Source: Minisyncoccia bacterium (GTDB lineage Bacteria; Patescibacteriota; Minisyncoccia; Phycocordibacterales; CSBR16-119). Taken from it: a DNA stretch of 64,000 nt. The notes beneath the pieces were generated by a model. The model did not search any database, had not been told where the DNA came from, and saw nothing but the letters and a program-made list of their open reading frames with translations. The position numbers and the translations under genes were made by a program. The stretch covers positions 8,911 to 72,910 of the forward strand of contig JBLHJW010000001.1 of the NCBI GenBank assembly GCA_047619465.1, read 5' to 3'. Below are positions 51,759 through 61,734 of the stretch, in pieces (within the stretch, counting starts at the first letter, position 1; every line of letters begins with the position of its first letter).

Positions 51759-53633
51759 CTATTCTGGTGCAACTCTTCCTTCAGAAGTAAGGTATCCTTG
51801 ATCATTTGTTATTCGAATAGAAACAGGCCCGACAACACTCTCTAGCGAGGTTCCTGTAAATAGATCTCTAGCTAATATTTGAGTGTCACTGGTTAGGAGT
51901 GGACCGCTTCCAATCTGTGAAATAGACGGTGTAAGACCAACCAAGAAAGAAACTTCTTTTCCTAGTCGTGTTAGGCCAGCTCCGCGATTTATAGTTCCAA
52001 TGTTCCAAGTAACCTCTCTTGTCGCAGGGTCATATGAAACAGATTCTGTAACAGGGGAAACCTGATTTTTGTACTCGACATAGTTAGGTAGAGTTGTTTT
52101 TGCTTTTGCCCCAGAAGCAGCATTTGCAGAGTTTGTAACAGACCATATGATTGTGTACTCTGTTTCCTGACCAACAACAGGTGGTACTGTTCCTCTGTTA
52201 TTAAATGGACCAGATCTAAAGAAACCATCAGCCGTAATAAACAGGTCTGAATTTATTTGTATTGTTTTTTGAATTGAATTTTTTATAGTCTCCAAAGACC
52301 TTCCTTCTGTTGGTTTTTTACCGCTTATAGATACAGACAACTTAATTTCTTCGTCTTCAGCTAAATCACCACCTTGATACAAAGGCAGAGATGAAAAACT
52401 GAAGTTTATGTTACTCCTAGATCCAGGCTGAACAGAGGCGAAAGATCCATAGTTTGTTTTATCCCATCGTATGGTTTTAGTGTTTGAATCATAGAAACCT
52501 CCCGAAACTTCAATACTTGATTCATTTAATATTTCTCCCTCAAGTGAAATTTCAAGAACAACATCATCTATTCTAGTTGGAAGGTTATTTGACCATTTAA
52601 TCACGACAGGAATTGTCTCTCCAGATTTTACAGAAACAGTTTCATCATCTACCCCAGCAATCAAGATTTGAGTACCTATGAAAGGACGACTTATGGTTGC
52701 GGTGTGAATATAAGAACTATAAACCTGAGAAAGGTCTGAACTAGAGAAATTGGTGTATGGTCCAACAAAGAATCTAAAAGCTCTCTGCTCACCTTCCTCT
52801 CCAAAGAGAACTCCTGAGAAAGTTATTTCTTTTTCAACACCGGACCCTAGGTCTCCCAAATGCCACACACTATCACCAAAAACTGGATCTATATCTGACT
52901 CTTCAAATCTAAACCCTGTTGGGTAGTCTATTTTTATTCCAACATCCTTATTTACAACACTGTTGTTTGCTCTAATTTTTACTGTAAAAGTTGTCTTTTG
53001 CCCTGAAATAACACCATTGTGAGCATCTATAGTTAAGTCGATTGGAGCAGAGTTAAGCGTTACAAAATGTGAAAAATCTTTAAAGAAAATTGCATTTGAT
53101 CCTTTTATTCGATACTCAATGGTTGTCTGTATTTCCTGCAATGAACCCTGCTGACCAAAAAGAACAACGTCCCGAGCTTCTACAACTGTCTCGCCTGCTT
53201 TAATGGTACCCAAGGAAACTCTTTCTCTAACCGCATCTCCTGCTCCGTCTGGATAATTAACAAGAAGATCGCTGTACTCTAGAGGAACAGAATTTCTGTT
53301 TGTTATTTGAATTTGAAGAGGTAACTCCTCTCCTCCAGCTGTAAAAGTGTTACCTAAAACCTGTATATCAATATTTTTTGTAGAAACTTTTCCATTCCCG
53401 CTTAGAAGCTGAAAAACCAGGAAAAGAATAGAAAAGCTAAAAAAAACAATAGATAAAACAAATATGGTTTTTACGATTGATCTTTTCTTTTTTGGAACAT
53501 ACTTCTTTACAGAAGAAGAACCCCAATCACGATTGGATTCTTTGTCATTTTTTTTCTGAACACCCCGTCTTTTACGACTTGATATTTTGGCTTTACCATA
53601 GAGTAAGTCCTCTTTTTTGTCTAAATTTCTCAT
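51759..53633 (-). CDS. conserved hypothetical membrane-anchored protein with multiple Ig-like domains
   Basis: One TM followed by repeated beta-sandwich segments (DUF11-like W.LG.L, PP.VGQETEYTI.W). Confidence 0.7.
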   Translation of the reverse strand: MRNLDKKEDLLYGKAKISSRKRRGVQKKNDKESNRDWGSSSVKKYVPKKKRSIVKTIFVLSIVFFSFSILFLVFQLLSGNGKVSTKNIDIQVLGNTFTAGGEELPLQIQITNRNSVPLEYSDLLVNYPDGAGDAVRERVSLGTIKAGETVVEARDVVLFGQQGSLQEIQTTIEYRIKGSNAIFFKDFSHFVTLNSAPIDLTIDAHNGVISGQKTTFTVKIRANNSVVNKDVGIKIDYPTGFRFEESDIDPVFGDSVWHLGDLGSGVEKEITFSGVLFGEEGEQRAFRFFVGPYTNFSSSDLSQVYSSYIHTATISRPFIGTQILIAGVDDETVSVKSGETIPVVIKWSNNLPTRIDDVVLEISLEGEILNESSIEVSGGFYDSNTKTIRWDKTNYGSFASVQPGSRSNINFSFSSLPLYQGGDLAEDEEIKLSVSISGKKPTEGRSLETIKNSIQKTIQINSDLFITADGFFRSGPFNNRGTVPPVVGQETEYTIIWSVTNSANAASGAKAKTTLPNYVEYKNQVSPVTESVSYDPATREVTWNIGTINRGAGLTRLGKEVSFLVGLTPSISQIGSGPLLTSDTQILARDLFTGTSLESVVGPVSIRITNDQGYLTSEGRVAPE

Positions 53634-53655
53634 ATATAGCTATCAGTATAACACC

Positions 53656-54234
53656 TTAGAGATGGCTTTCGTGTAAGGCTCTGTTTATTTCTAGAATAAC
53701 CTCTTTTTTGTTTTTCAATACAAAGTCAGCATTGACATCCTCTCCCATATCAACGATTTTTTTTGAAGCTGTATCATCACCAATATATCCTAGATGGTCG
53801 AGAATATGAACGCCTACGACAAGCTCAAAAACTCCAGGCTTATCTCCTTTTGTAAATAAATCATGAAAGAAAAAGGACACTATGTCATCAAATAGCTTTT
53901 CGTTTGGTTCTTCCCCAACATAAAGCCTTCGGAGTAAACTAGCTATTCGTGCCAAAACTTCGTTTTGCCTTAGACTTAAACTTCCATAGTCTCCCGACTC
54001 GTAGACATCTCCATTTGTAAGCTTCCATCCAGCCTTGCCATGAACCATACTGAATAGTCCAACATTGTAGTCTTGGACATGTCCACGGAGCTTGGACTGA
54101 AGTTTTCTTATTCCTGTTGCTTTTGCAAATACTACACCCAAGTCTCTGGTGAATATTTGAAGAAGCCTATCTGCCTCCCCTGACTTATAGGAAGTCAGTA
54201 TAAATCCAGGTGTTGTGTAGATTGGATATGCCAT
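53656..54234 (-). CDS. recO: DNA repair protein RecO
   Basis: T.GFIL...GEADR...FTRDLG.V.A.A.GIRK..SKLRG. Confidence 0.88.
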   Translation of the reverse strand: MAYPIYTTPGFILTSYKSGEADRLLQIFTRDLGVVFAKATGIRKLQSKLRGHVQDYNVGLFSMVHGKAGWKLTNGDVYESGDYGSLSLRQNEVLARIASLLRRLYVGEEPNEKLFDDIVSFFFHDLFTKGDKPGVFELVVGVHILDHLGYIGDDTASKKIVDMGEDVNADFVLKNKKEVILEINRALHESHL

Positions 54235-54236
54235 TT

Positions 54237-54980
54237 TTATAATTCAAATTCTAAATAAAGGGCTGCATGATCTGAGACCTCATCTGGCAACACTTTAAAA
54301 TCTTTTACTTCTACGCCTTTGGTAAAAATGTAATCAGCAAAACGTATCTCCTTTTCATAATACGAAGTACGCGTATCCTTTATCCCATATTCTTCCACAA
54401 GATCTATCATTCCTTCTTTAATAAGAGAGAGACTTTCTGTTTCAGGCTTTAAATTAAAATCTCCAACCAAAACTTTAGGCATGTCAAATCTACCTAAAAA
54501 ATTTCTAATTTTATTTGATTGATTAATCCTATCCTCAGAATCATCTTTTCCTTTTCCATTCCATAAACCATGAACATTCACTACGATAAATTTTTCTCCA
54601 TCTTTATTCAAGATCGCATATTGTAAATTTCTTGGATGATGGCCTCCGTCACCATCTTTATATGAACCCCTTTCTCTATGAATAAAAATATCTCCTTCTT
54701 CTTCAACTATGAAATCTTTTTTAACCCAAAGAGCAATGCCGTACCAGTCCTCAATACAAGGCCTAAAGAAGCCCTTGTGGTTATTTAAGATGTTATCTAT
54801 ATCGTTAAATAACTCTAATGAACAGTTTTCTTTTCCGTCTTCAGCTTGGGTTTTGTCCGAAGCATTAGAATGAACCTCTTGAAAGCAGAAAATATCTATT
54901 TCTTCTGACCTGTCATCAAAAAACCTAAAGAGTGGGTCCCTAACTCTCCCTCCCCAGACATTTAAAGTGATTAATTTCAT
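54237..54980 (-). CDS. endonuclease/exonuclease/phosphatase (EEP) family protein
   Basis: ITLNV, CFQEV, GDFN, DYIF, SDH. Confidence 0.92.
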   Translation of the reverse strand: MKLITLNVWGGRVRDPLFRFFDDRSEEIDIFCFQEVHSNASDKTQAEDGKENCSLELFNDIDNILNNHKGFFRPCIEDWYGIALWVKKDFIVEEEGDIFIHRERGSYKDGDGGHHPRNLQYAILNKDGEKFIVVNVHGLWNGKGKDDSEDRINQSNKIRNFLGRFDMPKVLVGDFNLKPETESLSLIKEGMIDLVEEYGIKDTRTSYYEKEIRFADYIFTKGVEVKDFKVLPDEVSDHAALYLEFEL

Positions 54981-54982
54981 TA

Positions 54983-57900
54983 TTATATTTTATCAATTTT
55001 AATCTCTCCACCAAAGTCCACCTCTACGACACCTGCTGTGTTTTGGAATTCATTTGAAAAACTCTCATAAATGTCTTTATTATTTTCTGGGAGGGTGAGT
55101 CTTATTCTATCTTCTGGATTTAAGCCGGCTTCTTTTCTCATCTTCTGAACCTCTCGAAGAAGATCTCTGGCCTTCCCTTCTATTTCTAGTTCTGGAGTCA
55201 GCACAGTATCGATAGCCAGATCGGGACCGATCACAACTTCTTTTACATTTAGTTCGTCAGCAATCAACTCCAGGTATTCGCCATCTAGCATTTCTGTGAT
55301 TGTTAAAGACGCCAAAGGCTGTCGTACATTTATATTTGCTTTGGAACGAAGCTCAAGTGCCTCTGAAATAACAGCTCGAGTTTTTTGCATTGACGCAAGA
55401 GTCTTGGCTTCTTTTTTCTTTCCAAACATCTTTTGGAAAAATCCTCCTGTCGTTTTTATCTCTGCCCAGTTTTCTAGGTGAACTGACTCCAGCTTTCCTC
55501 CAACACGTCCATACATGTCTTCTGCGAAGAACGGAGTAAAAGGTGCCATCAGAATAGATAGTCTCTCAAGGACAGACCTTGTTGTAGCTAGGGCGAACTT
55601 TCGATCTGCTTCGTCTTGTCCTTTGAACCTATCTCTACTTCTTCGAATATACCACTGTGACAAATCACCGATAAGCTCGCGAATAGCTCGAGTTGGTTCA
55701 AGTAGCTGGTAAGCGTCAAGTTTTTTTGTTACAAGCTCTTCTAACTCGTCTGTCTTTTCTAGGATCCATCGATCTAGAACATTCGGTGAGGTCTTTGGAT
55801 CTACTGACAAATCTACTGAGCCAGAGTACATTTCATAGAACTTCACCACGTTATCCAAAAGGCCAAACACCTTTCTCTGTGTTTCTGTGATTGTCTTCTC
55901 GTCGAAGTTCTTCGACTCTCCTGGTCCATTTACTGAGTACATCCAGAAACGAAGTGAATCTACTCCGAACTTCGTAACGGCATCCCAGGGGTTTACCGTG
56001 TTCCCTTTTGATTTAGACATCTTTTGTCCTTTCTCGTCATTTACGAGACCTAGACTAATTACGTTTTTATAGACCTTTCCCTTACCTACAAGGTTTCCTA
56101 TTGCATGTAGTGTATAGAACCAACCACGTGTTTGATCCATTCCCTCCGAGATGAAGTCAGCCGGTACTCCTACTTTGTCCACATAATCTTTGTTTTCAAA
56201 TGGATAGTGCTCTTGAGCAAATGGCATAGATCCTGAATCAAACCATACATCCATCACTTCTTTTACTCTTTTGAAGTCTTTTCCATCTTTCTCTAAAACT
56301 ACTTCGTCGATAAACGGTTTGTGGAGATCTAGCTTGTGATTACTATCATGAGGTATTGGTACAAAGTCTAGCTCTCGAACCTCTGCATTATCATAAGCTT
56401 CAAAATCATCGTCAAAGCTACAATCACAAGAATCTGGAGTGTGCCCTGTCACACTCACATGAAGCAACCAAAGAGGAGTCCCATGAGAGACAAAAAGTAT
56501 ATTTTTGTCTCTGTACTTTTCTTCTAATTCATACAATACAGGAGCCACACGATTCATCACGTCTTGTGAAGATTCTCCTCCACCTATTTTCACGTGGAAT
56601 TGTTCTGACCCCTTTTCTCTTATAAAAGAGTGGTACTCTTCGTGATTTTTGCCTTCAAATTCTCCGACCCCTACCTCAACAAGTCTTTTGTCAAAAACAA
56701 GTTGGTCGTCAGAGAGTTTCAATCCTGCTTTCACAAGTTCGGCTGTCATTTTTGTTCTCATAAATGGCGAGGCGACTATTAGATCAATGTTTTTTGATTT
56801 CAGTTTTTCTACAGCTTGCCTTACCTGGGCTTCTCCCTTTTCGGTGACTGGATCTATGTTTTCTAAAACAGTACTTAGAACTTTTTTGACATTGCTCTCT
56901 GACTGACCATGACGCATGGCGAAGTATTTATTCCCAGATTTCTTTACGTTCTTTTTTATATCCTCTATAGAACCTGCAACCAACATCTCTCCGTCCTCTG
57001 CCTGCCAGATAGGAAGTGGTGTTCCCCAGTATCGCTCTCGAGAAATTGCCCAGTCTTTCAAGTCTTTTAGCCACTCACCAAAACGTCCATCTTTGATGTG
57101 TGATGGCTCCCAATTTATAGTTTGGTTCTCTGCAATCATCTTTGACTTCACTTCTTGCATGTTTATATACCAAGAGTCTCGTGCGTAGTAGATAAGAGGA
57201 GTCTTACATCGCCAACAGTGAGGGTAGCTGTGCTCGTACTTTTCCTTGCTAAAATATGTTTTGTTGTCTTGTAGATGCTTAATCACATCAATATCCATAG
57301 TCGGCTTACCATCAGTCATCTCTTTTACAGATCTACCTGAAAAGTCACCCATTCCATCCACAAAAGTTCCGTCTTCTTTTACAACATGCATCTTTGGAAG
57401 GCTAACCTTGTTTCCAAGTTCGAAGTCATCCTGTCCGTACATCACAGCGGTATGTACAATCCCTGTTCCGTCTGTAGTTGTCACGAAGTCAGCCGCATAT
57501 ACTTTGTATGCGTTTTCTATATTCTTAATTTCTTCTTTTTCTGCAAGGTCTTTGAAGTATGGGAATAATGGCTTGTATTCTTTGCCAACTAGTTCAGATC
57601 CCTTTATTTCTTCAGTAATTTCATAAATTTCTCCGTTGTAAAAATACCTCTTAGAATCACTTGTGGGATTAACTTTTTGATCTTCTTTAGCAAAGATGCT
57701 TTTAGCAAGAATAATAACACTTTCCGTATCTAGGTCTGATGGAGTTTTGTGTTCCTTATCATTAGGTATTGTAGATGTTGAAGCAACAGCTATTGTGGAT
57801 GTTGAAGCAACTTTTTTTGCCTTTACATAATCTATCTTTTCTCCAACAGCTAGAGCAACATTTCCAGGAAGAGTCCATGGGGTTGTAGTCCAGGCCAGGA

Positions 57901-58579
57901 GATATGTTCCTTTTTCATCTACTAGCTCAAACTTTGCAGTAATAGAAATATCTTTTACATCTTCATACCCTTGGGCAAGCTCGTGAGATGAGAGTGTGGT
58001 TCCACAACGGGGACACCACGGAACGACCTTGTAGTCTTTGTAAATTAGATTCTGATCAGCTACCTTTTTTATTACCCACCAAACAGACTCCATGTAGTGA
58101 TTGTCATAAGTAATATACGGATCATCTAAATCCACCCAGAAACCAATTCTTCGTGTGAAGTCCTCCCACTCTGATTTATATTCCCAAACAGACTCCTTAC
58201 ACTTTTGGTTAAAGGCTTCAATTCCATAGTCTTCGATCTCAAGTTTTGATTTCAGTCCGAGTTGCTTCTCCACCTGAAGCTCCACAGGAAGCCCGTGAGT
58301 ATCCCATCCCCCCTTTCGGCGAACATTGTATCCCTGCATAGTTTTATATCTTGGAATTGCATCCTTGAAAGCTCGCGCTGCCAAGTGATGAATACCTGGT
58401 CGCCCATTTGCAGTCGGCGGTCCTTCAAAGAAAACAAACTCACCCTTTGGCGAATCTTTCTTTGTAGTCTTGGCGAAAATTTCTTTCTCATTCCATTCGT
58501 TCAAAATCTCCCCTTCGCGCTCAGCGTAGGGACTCTGTTTCTCTTCTTTTTCTTGGTATTTTTTGTATTCGTTGCTCAT
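54983..58579 (-). CDS. ileS: isoleucine--tRNA ligase (type 2) with an inserted histidine-phosphatase domain
   Basis: EGPPTANGRPGIHH, GWDTHGLPVE, WTTTPWTLPGN, ISRERYWGTP, DQTRGWFY, KMSKS; internal RHGQS...SPFMRT...VSHG domain. Start placed at MSNEY, downstream of the T-box. Confidence 0.96.
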   Translation of the reverse strand: MSNEYKKYQEKEEKQSPYAEREGEILNEWNEKEIFAKTTKKDSPKGEFVFFEGPPTANGRPGIHHLAARAFKDAIPRYKTMQGYNVRRKGGWDTHGLPVELQVEKQLGLKSKLEIEDYGIEAFNQKCKESVWEYKSEWEDFTRRIGFWVDLDDPYITYDNHYMESVWWVIKKVADQNLIYKDYKVVPWCPRCGTTLSSHELAQGYEDVKDISITAKFELVDEKGTYLLAWTTTPWTLPGNVALAVGEKIDYVKAKKVASTSTIAVASTSTIPNDKEHKTPSDLDTESVIILAKSIFAKEDQKVNPTSDSKRYFYNGEIYEITEEIKGSELVGKEYKPLFPYFKDLAEKEEIKNIENAYKVYAADFVTTTDGTGIVHTAVMYGQDDFELGNKVSLPKMHVVKEDGTFVDGMGDFSGRSVKEMTDGKPTMDIDVIKHLQDNKTYFSKEKYEHSYPHCWRCKTPLIYYARDSWYINMQEVKSKMIAENQTINWEPSHIKDGRFGEWLKDLKDWAISRERYWGTPLPIWQAEDGEMLVAGSIEDIKKNVKKSGNKYFAMRHGQSESNVKKVLSTVLENIDPVTEKGEAQVRQAVEKLKSKNIDLIVASPFMRTKMTAELVKAGLKLSDDQLVFDKRLVEVGVGEFEGKNHEEYHSFIREKGSEQFHVKIGGGESSQDVMNRVAPVLYELEEKYRDKNILFVSHGTPLWLLHVSVTGHTPDSCDCSFDDDFEAYDNAEVRELDFVPIPHDSNHKLDLHKPFIDEVVLEKDGKDFKRVKEVMDVWFDSGSMPFAQEHYPFENKDYVDKVGVPADFISEGMDQTRGWFYTLHAIGNLVGKGKVYKNVISLGLVNDEKGQKMSKSKGNTVNPWDAVTKFGVDSLRFWMYSVNGPGESKNFDEKTITETQRKVFGLLDNVVKFYEMYSGSVDLSVDPKTSPNVLDRWILEKTDELEELVTKKLDAYQLLEPTRAIRELIGDLSQWYIRRSRDRFKGQDEADRKFALATTRSVLERLSILMAPFTPFFAEDMYGRVGGKLESVHLENWAEIKTTGGFFQKMFGKKKEAKTLASMQKTRAVISEALELRSKANINVRQPLASLTITEMLDGEYLELIADELNVKEVVIGPDLAIDTVLTPELEIEGKARDLLREVQKMRKEAGLNPEDRIRLTLPENNKDIYESFSNEFQNTAGVVEVDFGGEIKIDKI

Positions 58580-58592
58580 ATATATATAAATT

Positions 58593-58805
58593 AAAAAACT
58601 CGTCCTAGAACTACGACCGAAGTCGCAATCCAAGGACGAGCTTCTCTCGTGGTACCACCTTGTTTTACCAAGCATATAGCTTGGCCTCATTACAGCTATT
58701 TCGGGCTTACCCGTTGGGTTCTATTTTCCTATTTCCTCCGCATGGGCAGGCATATTAGAATTTCTTCCCAAAGCTCCAGAATGATTAAGTCCATCAACGC
58801 TCGCA
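58593..58805 (-). promoter_or_regulatory. T-box riboswitch (Ile, AUC specifier) with intrinsic terminator
   Basis: AAGGUGGUACCACG..CUCGUCCU antiterminator; terminator CUCGUCCU...AGGACGAGUUUUUU; Stem II GGGAAGAA..UAGAACCC; IIA/B ACGGGUAAGCCCG..UAGCU; short Stem I GCGUUGAUGGACUUAAUCAUUCUGGAGC; extended -10 TGTTATAAT at 58812-58820. Confidence 0.92.
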
Positions 58806-58897
58806 TGTACGATTATAACAGATAATTCTTTTAGAGATATACTTGACTTTATCTTATGAAGTGATATAATAATAAGCAACACATAAAGAACATTTAG

Positions 58898-59236
58898 ATG
58901 AGTGAAAAAGAAAAAAATGGTTTTAAAATAATGAAGATTGAAACAGACAAGGGAAACTATTTTGTGTTTCAAGTGCAGTACCTGAAGCCGTTCGGCCAAG
59001 GATTCTATACAAACCACAAAGGAAAGTTTTTATCTGAGAAAGCATCTGCTGAAGAAGAGATTCTCTGGATGGAAGACGTATGGGACGAGTTTCCTATGAG
59101 AGAAGAAGCTGATGAAAACATTTTCGGTCGCCTATTCAAAAAGGCCGACAACGAGCAAGAAATTGTTCCTCCAGGGCCAGCAATTCATAATCCTTTTTCC
59201 GGTCTCGGTGTCCTAAAAGAACAAATGGAAGACTGA
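58898..59236 (+). CDS. hypothetical protein
   Basis: 112-aa ORF with its own promoter (TTGACT 58843, TATAAT 58865) and a terminator at 59261-59292. Confidence 0.7.
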   Translation: MSEKEKNGFKIMKIETDKGNYFVFQVQYLKPFGQGFYTNHKGKFLSEKASAEEEILWMEDVWDEFPMREEADENIFGRLFKKADNEQEIVPPGPAIHNPFSGLGVLKEQMED

Positions 59237-59292
59237 TCATTAAAAATTATTTTTGTATTGAAAAGCCCGACTCATTGAGTCAGGCTTTTTTA

Positions 59293-60978
59293 TTACATTT
59301 TTTCTGGAGATTCTATTCCTAGGAGAAATAATGTATTTTTAAGAACTTGAGATGTGGCTTTTACAAGCGACAAATTATATCCAGCATTGTTATTTTCAGT
59401 ATCTACTAGCTTTGTATTTCCATAAAAACTATTGAAAGCTCGAGCAAGTTCTAGGCCGTAGTTTACCAAATGATGTGGTGCCCAGTCTCGAGCAGACACC
59501 TCTGCCACTTCCCCAAATCTATAGAGCAGTCGTTCTACATCTGTGATCTCTCCTCCGTCCTTTTTAAATGATTCTTTTATTCCCTCTGCCTCCGCTTTTA
59601 CCAGAACAGAGTTTGATCGTGCGATCGTATACTGAATATATGGACCAGTATCCCCTTCGAAAGATAGGTCTGTCTCTGGGTCGAAGTTTATATTTTTACC
59701 AGCTTGGGATTTCAAAATAGTAAACTTCAAAGCAGCAATAGAAATCTGGTCCTTTAGATTTTCATCTGCGTCAGTATTTTTCTCACTCACCTCGTTATGA
59801 ATACTCTCTAGCAAATCAGTCGCTAATGGCACACCGCCAAGACGTGACGACATTTTCTGGCCTTTAAAACTCATCCGTCCGTGATACCGATGCACACTTT
59901 TATCTCTCCACTCTTTATCTATTTTCTCTGCAGCATCTAGTACTACCTGGAAGTGAGAAATTTGCTGGCTGTCAGTCATAAATACTGAGATATCTGGAGA
60001 GTATCTATCAAACTTTAGTTTTAATAGGCCCAAGTCTTTTGCTTCATATGTAGGATTTCCTTGGCTGTTTATAAACACAGCTGTATTCAAGTGTTTATCC
60101 TCTTCTGAGGGAATATATACAACAGCGCCATCGCTCTCTGTAAAAATAGTCTTGTTTTCTTTTACCATCTTAGCTCCTGTAACTCCAGCTTCACTTTCAT
60201 ATATATATGAATCGATATCTGTTCCTAGTCTTTTCAGAATTTTCTCAAAGTATTGAATGTTGAAATCTTTACAAGATTCAAATATTTTTAATTCAGGTGA
60301 GTCCTTTTTTGCGTACAAATTATCAGCAATTTCTCTTACCCTAGGCTGAACAGATTCGTCTTCTTCATATCTTTTTGTTCCTTTTACATAAGCACCACCT
60401 AGAACAGCTACGTCTGTTGGTGTAAAATCCTCACCCTCTTCTTCCAGAAGAATAAATATAGCCTTGGCTACACCAAGAGAAATATCAGATGGAAATGAAA
60501 TTACTGTTGTGTCTGCGCTAGCAAACTTCGATAGCCTTGAAATAGACTCTCCGATTGCATTGTTCATCACATGACCAACATGAAACGGCTTAAACAGGTT
60601 TGGACTTGAGTGCTCTACTAGAATCTTCTTGCCTTTGTATAAATCAGACTTTCCATACCCTTCACCAGCAGAAACAATCTCCCTTGTTTCTTTTACAAAA
60701 AACTCTGGTTCAAGTGTGAAGTTTATAAACCCAGGACCCGCAATCTGAATTCCGTCTTTTGAAATTAATTCAATGTCTCTTTCTTTTAGTAAGTCTACGA
60801 TTTCTCCAGCAACTTCTATGGGATTTCTTCCTTCTTTCTTTGACAAAATAAGGGCTGTATTTGCAGCATAATCGCCATGTGAGAAATCCTGTGGATGTGA
60901 GAGCTCAACAGAAACAGCCTCAAAGCCGAGCTCTAATAACACAGATTCTATCTCCTTCTTTAGAGTCTCTTTTATCAT
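59293..60978 (-). CDS. argS: arginine--tRNA ligase
   Basis: HGDYAAN, AGPGFINF, EHSSPN..KPFHVGH, KMSSR, FEGDTGPYIQY, EKM end. Confidence 0.96.
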   Translation of the reverse strand: MIKETLKKEIESVLLELGFEAVSVELSHPQDFSHGDYAANTALILSKKEGRNPIEVAGEIVDLLKERDIELISKDGIQIAGPGFINFTLEPEFFVKETREIVSAGEGYGKSDLYKGKKILVEHSSPNLFKPFHVGHVMNNAIGESISRLSKFASADTTVISFPSDISLGVAKAIFILLEEEGEDFTPTDVAVLGGAYVKGTKRYEEDESVQPRVREIADNLYAKKDSPELKIFESCKDFNIQYFEKILKRLGTDIDSYIYESEAGVTGAKMVKENKTIFTESDGAVVYIPSEEDKHLNTAVFINSQGNPTYEAKDLGLLKLKFDRYSPDISVFMTDSQQISHFQVVLDAAEKIDKEWRDKSVHRYHGRMSFKGQKMSSRLGGVPLATDLLESIHNEVSEKNTDADENLKDQISIAALKFTILKSQAGKNINFDPETDLSFEGDTGPYIQYTIARSNSVLVKAEAEGIKESFKKDGGEITDVERLLYRFGEVAEVSARDWAPHHLVNYGLELARAFNSFYGNTKLVDTENNNAGYNLSLVKATSQVLKNTLFLLGIESPEKM

Positions 60979-61020
60979 AAGACTACTTTAGCACGCCCCA
61001 GAAAATAAAAAAGCGGTTGC

Positions 61021-61467
61021 TCAGGCAACCGCTTTTTTGTCTTTATCTAGCTTAGCCAACCAGGCTATAGCTTTTTCTGAAAAAACCCTATACTCTCTAT
61101 CAAATTCTAAATGAATTATATTCTGATTGGCTGCATTGTATACAGTTAAGCGATCTTGCCCATTACCGGGCTTCTTGCCTGGGAAAAATGATCCTAACGA
61201 TTTATATAATAAAACTTCAAATTCTCCCAACATGATCGCATAGAATATAAACCTAGCATAAACAATCTTTCTTTTCCTTGTTCGAATTAAGATATCTGAA
61301 ATTTTACAATTGGAAAGTGTAGACAAAACGGTCAGAATTTCTTCTGCCCTCAGAAGATGCTCTTCTGTTATCTGCTTAGACTCTGCAGAGGATCTACTGA
61401 ACGAATTCTTTCTTCTGTTGTACTTTATTAGCTTATAGGGCTTATCTTTTAGCCTCTTTTTTGCCAT
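61021..61467 (-). CDS. stand-alone DnaA domain IV-like HTH protein
   Basis: ISDILIRTRKRKIVYARFIFYAI...SLGSFF...QDRLTVYNA matches the Bac_DnaA_C pattern (R..v.aR....Y....s...iG..F..DHsTV.ha). Confidence 0.65.
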   Translation of the reverse strand: MAKKRLKDKPYKLIKYNRRKNSFSRSSAESKQITEEHLLRAEEILTVLSTLSNCKISDILIRTRKRKIVYARFIFYAIMLGEFEVLLYKSLGSFFPGKKPGNGQDRLTVYNAANQNIIHLEFDREYRVFSEKAIAWLAKLDKDKKAVA

Positions 61468-61521
61468 CTTTTATGATTTTGACTTTAGAAACACATTAAT
61501 AAAAAAGACCCGCTTATGCAA

Positions 61522-61590
61522 GTCTTTTTTATTTCTACTTTTTATATGCTCTTAATATTTTATCAATTTTTACAGCAATAAGGACAAAGT
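61522..61590. repeat. 69-bp direct repeat duplicating the glyA 3' end and part of its terminator
   Basis: 68/69 identical to 62323-62391. Confidence 0.95.
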
Positions 61591-61734
61591 ATTTTATTTG
61601 TTCTCTACAGGTCTTATTTATCACGCACCAGAAAATAAAAAACGATCGCTATTGCGATCGTTTAACAGTGATTTTTTCACCTTTTGATTTTTGAGGTCTT
61701 GGTATCAAAATCGGTGATTGTTGATAGCTGTTCT

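Noticed and set aside
58580-59017. ileS N-terminal extension to 58690 and ORF 58721-59017
   Set aside because: Both run through the T-box RNA and the divergent promoters; the true ileS start is more likely 58579.
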